Part shown: positions 22,801 through 24,634 of the stretch, one piece after another
How positions within the stretch are numbered: the first letter of the stretch is position 1
Layout of the letters: each line of letters begins with the position of its first letter
Source of the DNA: Zygophlyctis sp. KS116
Taxonomy: Eukaryota; Fungi; Chytridiomycota
Direction: 5' to 3'
NCBI GenBank assembly: GCA_054661495.1
Contig: BAAFSQ010000147.1
Span: 1 to 24,634 of the forward strand
Length of the DNA: 24,634 nt
Made by a program: the position numbers and the translations under genes
Notes under the pieces: generated by a model
Told to the model about the DNA's origin: nothing
The model's input: only the letters and a program-made list of their open reading frames with translations
Databases searched by the model: none

Positions 22801-23588
22801 TATTTTTTGGAGACATTTGGAGTTCAGTCTTTATCTCGAGATTTCAGTATTTTTAATCATTGAACTGATTTTAACAGGTTTGCAAACTCTCTTGGATCGT
22901 TATAAAACATGTGAACCAGCCGAATCTTCTCCAGCCCCTGCCGAGGCCAAGAAAAAAGAAAAAACTGCTGTCCAGTCAGACGAAAAAACACCATCGACAG
23001 GAATATATTGTAATTTTTCAGTGATACTTATACGAGTAGGCCTTTTGGAATCAGAAGAAATGGTGAATTTTGTGAATGATGCTGCCAAGCTTCGAAATTC
23101 GAATCCAAAATTCTTGGGATTTGCCCAAAGAATAAGGTATAGTATTTGTTGTAAAGATTAGTGCCCTAGAGATGCGATCTTTAATCAAGGACTATTCTCT
23201 TTTCTTATTTTCAGGAAAATTATTTGATGAATCAGTTTTGGATTCTTTCACATTTACAAATGGTAAAAATATTAAACTAAAATCAGGTTCACGTATTGCA
23301 GTACTTATTGAACATGACAGGCCAAAAAATCAAGGAGTCGATTATTTATTACCGAGCAGACAGAAGAAAATAACTGCAATATTGACACTTTTTGGTTTCG
23401 ATTCTGTGATTCTTACCAACTGTAATATTTCTAAAAAGAGAGGAGAAGAGATAATCCTGAAAATTCTTGAAGCATCTGAAGTAGGTAAAATCGGAGTGAA
23501 TTCTGTATCAACCTACTCTATAAATAACGATGCGTGTCCAATCCCAGAAGCCATTGTTCACGGATTGAATTTGAAAATCGACTATTAG
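16885..23588 (+). CDS. CFAP46: Cilia- and flagella-associated protein 46 (TTC40; central apparatus C1d), ~2117 aa, ~14 exons
   Basis: Large helical-repeat protein. CLLIWN...ALEKIASSLKSIRTEMHYELA...ASDHVKKGLAL, LPKELHEWMEYVWPE, ILILQHSSDGKTLF and LPLE...SLSRDFSLQ match recalled CFAP46 motifs. Introns 17016-17040, 18279-18309, 18399-18430, 19547-19572, 21848-21873, 22001-22024, 22174-22197, 22275-22301, 22600-22624, 22847-22877, 23010-23039, 23137-23161, 23263-23286. Confidence 0.85.
22693..22730 (+). repeat. Two-copy in-frame tandem repeat (AAAACAGCCGATACAAA, 21-nt period) encoding KTADT twice in CFAP46
   Basis: Identical 17-mers at 22693-22709 and 22714-22730. Confidence 0.9.
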
Positions 23589-24366
23589 TTTGATTTTAAA
23601 GATAAAATCCTAAGACTATCTGTTTCTTTAAAGATTGCATCTGTAATAAATGACCTCTGTTCCTCTGGATTTAAACCTTTACTGCTATTAATCAGATCTA
23701 AACTATCAATGACCTGACCAAACCTGCAAGAAATCCTTTTATTGATACGAGGAAGTCTAAATATAGAAGGAAAATCAGGTTCTGGCATCACCTCGTGTAA
23801 TCCAGTATGATAAAAACAAATAACCAATGGCGGAACTTTTGCCTCCATGATCAGCCTACCAACTCCCCAACGAAATGGTATCAGACTAAACTTTTGATTG
23901 ACTTTTCCTTCACTAAATACATGAAACCATCCATTCTTATTTAAAATCTCGAGTGCCTGATCTACTGCAGGCTGATAAATCCCTTTCCCTCTATCCACTG
24001 GTATGATACCTCCACTCTTAAAAAACCAATTATAGAGTGGATTCGTAAAACAAATTTCTAATCAATCGGAAACAGTTAACGTACCTCTTGCTCCAAATCC
24101 CATTCTTAGTAATTCATTATCAAGAAGAATTCTAAAAGGAAGTATTCCTATTCTTATTAATGCGCTAGATTTCGCATACCAGCAAAAAGTACAGGATCGT
24201 CAATAACTGAGCAATGGTTAGATACGGTGATTAATGGACGATTGCGATCTTTTGTTAGCAGATCAAGTAAGCGTGAAGATCCAGATATTTCAAATGCAGA
24301 CTGAGCAGAGAGTAGAATCCTTGAAATCATACTAACACTTGTTATTAAAAACGGCCGGGATATCAT
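23585..24366 (-). CDS. TAZ1: Tafazzin (cardiolipin-remodelling transacylase), ~240 aa, 3 exons
   Basis: RPLITVSNHCSVIDDP (HX4D motif), GA.EICF.N, RGKGIYQPAVD, WFHVFSEGKVNQ and FRWGVGRLIME. Introns 24148-24179 and 24058-24084. Confidence 0.95.
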
Positions 24367-24634
24367 TCTGGTCCAAGTACTAGGAACTCATCATTGATTG
24401 ATCCGTGCATATTCAGATTTGGTGCATTGTTGAATGGATTTTCAAGGCAAGTTATCATGGACGACAAGTAATCCTGGAAAATAGCTGACAATATTAGATT
24501 TCTGCGCTGCAAAAACACGCTAGTTGGGGTTCTATACATTTAAGTATTTCCAGGCAATTGTTACACATTCAATGCTTGGTTAAATACTTTTCTTATGCTT
24601 TTGGGCTTGGTCGATAATTTGATGCTTGCTTGTG
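24363..24634 (-). CDS. Probable 3' part of an unidentified gene entering from the right; its stop overlaps the tafazzin ATG
   Basis: Frame open from the window end (QASIKLSTKPKSIRKVFNQALN). A candidate 33-nt intron at 24532-24564 joins it to TPTSVFLQRRNLILSAIFQDYL...VLGPE, ending TGA at 24365-24363. No homology recognised. Confidence 0.4.

Noticed and set aside
78-23088. Short antisense or alternative-frame ORFs in the track (e.g. 78-290, 307-528, 1680-1949, 5218-5679, 7005-7313, 16603-16884, 22298-22498, 22900-23088)
   Set aside because: They are shadows of well-supported genes and have no recognisable motifs.
114-24366. Stop-codon reassignment (e.g. TAA/TAG to Gln), frameshifting or pseudogenisation as the cause of fragmented ORFs
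   Set aside because: All internal stops and frame changes fall in GT-AG micro-introns. Spliced lengths are multiples of three, and TAA, TAG and TGA all serve as terminal stops.
1-24634. Mobile elements, CRISPR arrays, tRNA/rRNA genes, or Introner-like repeated introns
   Set aside because: None recognisable. The introns share no sequence similarity beyond splice signals and AT richness.

Overview
This is AT-rich, extremely gene-dense eukaryotic nuclear DNA, not prokaryotic. The fragmented ORF track is explained by about 60 ultra-short GT-AG introns of 23-32 nt, which I mapped by hand. After splicing, ten complete genes read cleanly in the standard code: LIM-RhoGAP (-), APC2 (-), a WDR49/CFAP337-like EF-hand/WD40 protein (-), a ~154-aa CFAP221/PCDP1-like mini-protein (+), IFT140 (-), Vps5/SNX1 (+), F-box Hrt3/FBXO9 (+), a ~212-aa PPP1R21-like protein (+), CFAP46 (+) and tafazzin (-). 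Probable partial genes lie at both ends. Fungal-type genes together with flagellar genes suggest a zoosporic fungus (chytrid or Rozella-like; inference). The main surprises are: micro-introns; operon-like packing (4-, 29- and 64-nt gaps, a 24-nt divergent spacer, overlapping stop codons, a possible ATGA stop/start overlap); strongly shortened CFAP221-like and PPP1R21-like proteins; and an ATGACGT (CRE/M26) element recurring just upstream of three genes. Family assignments come from remembered motifs, not database searches.
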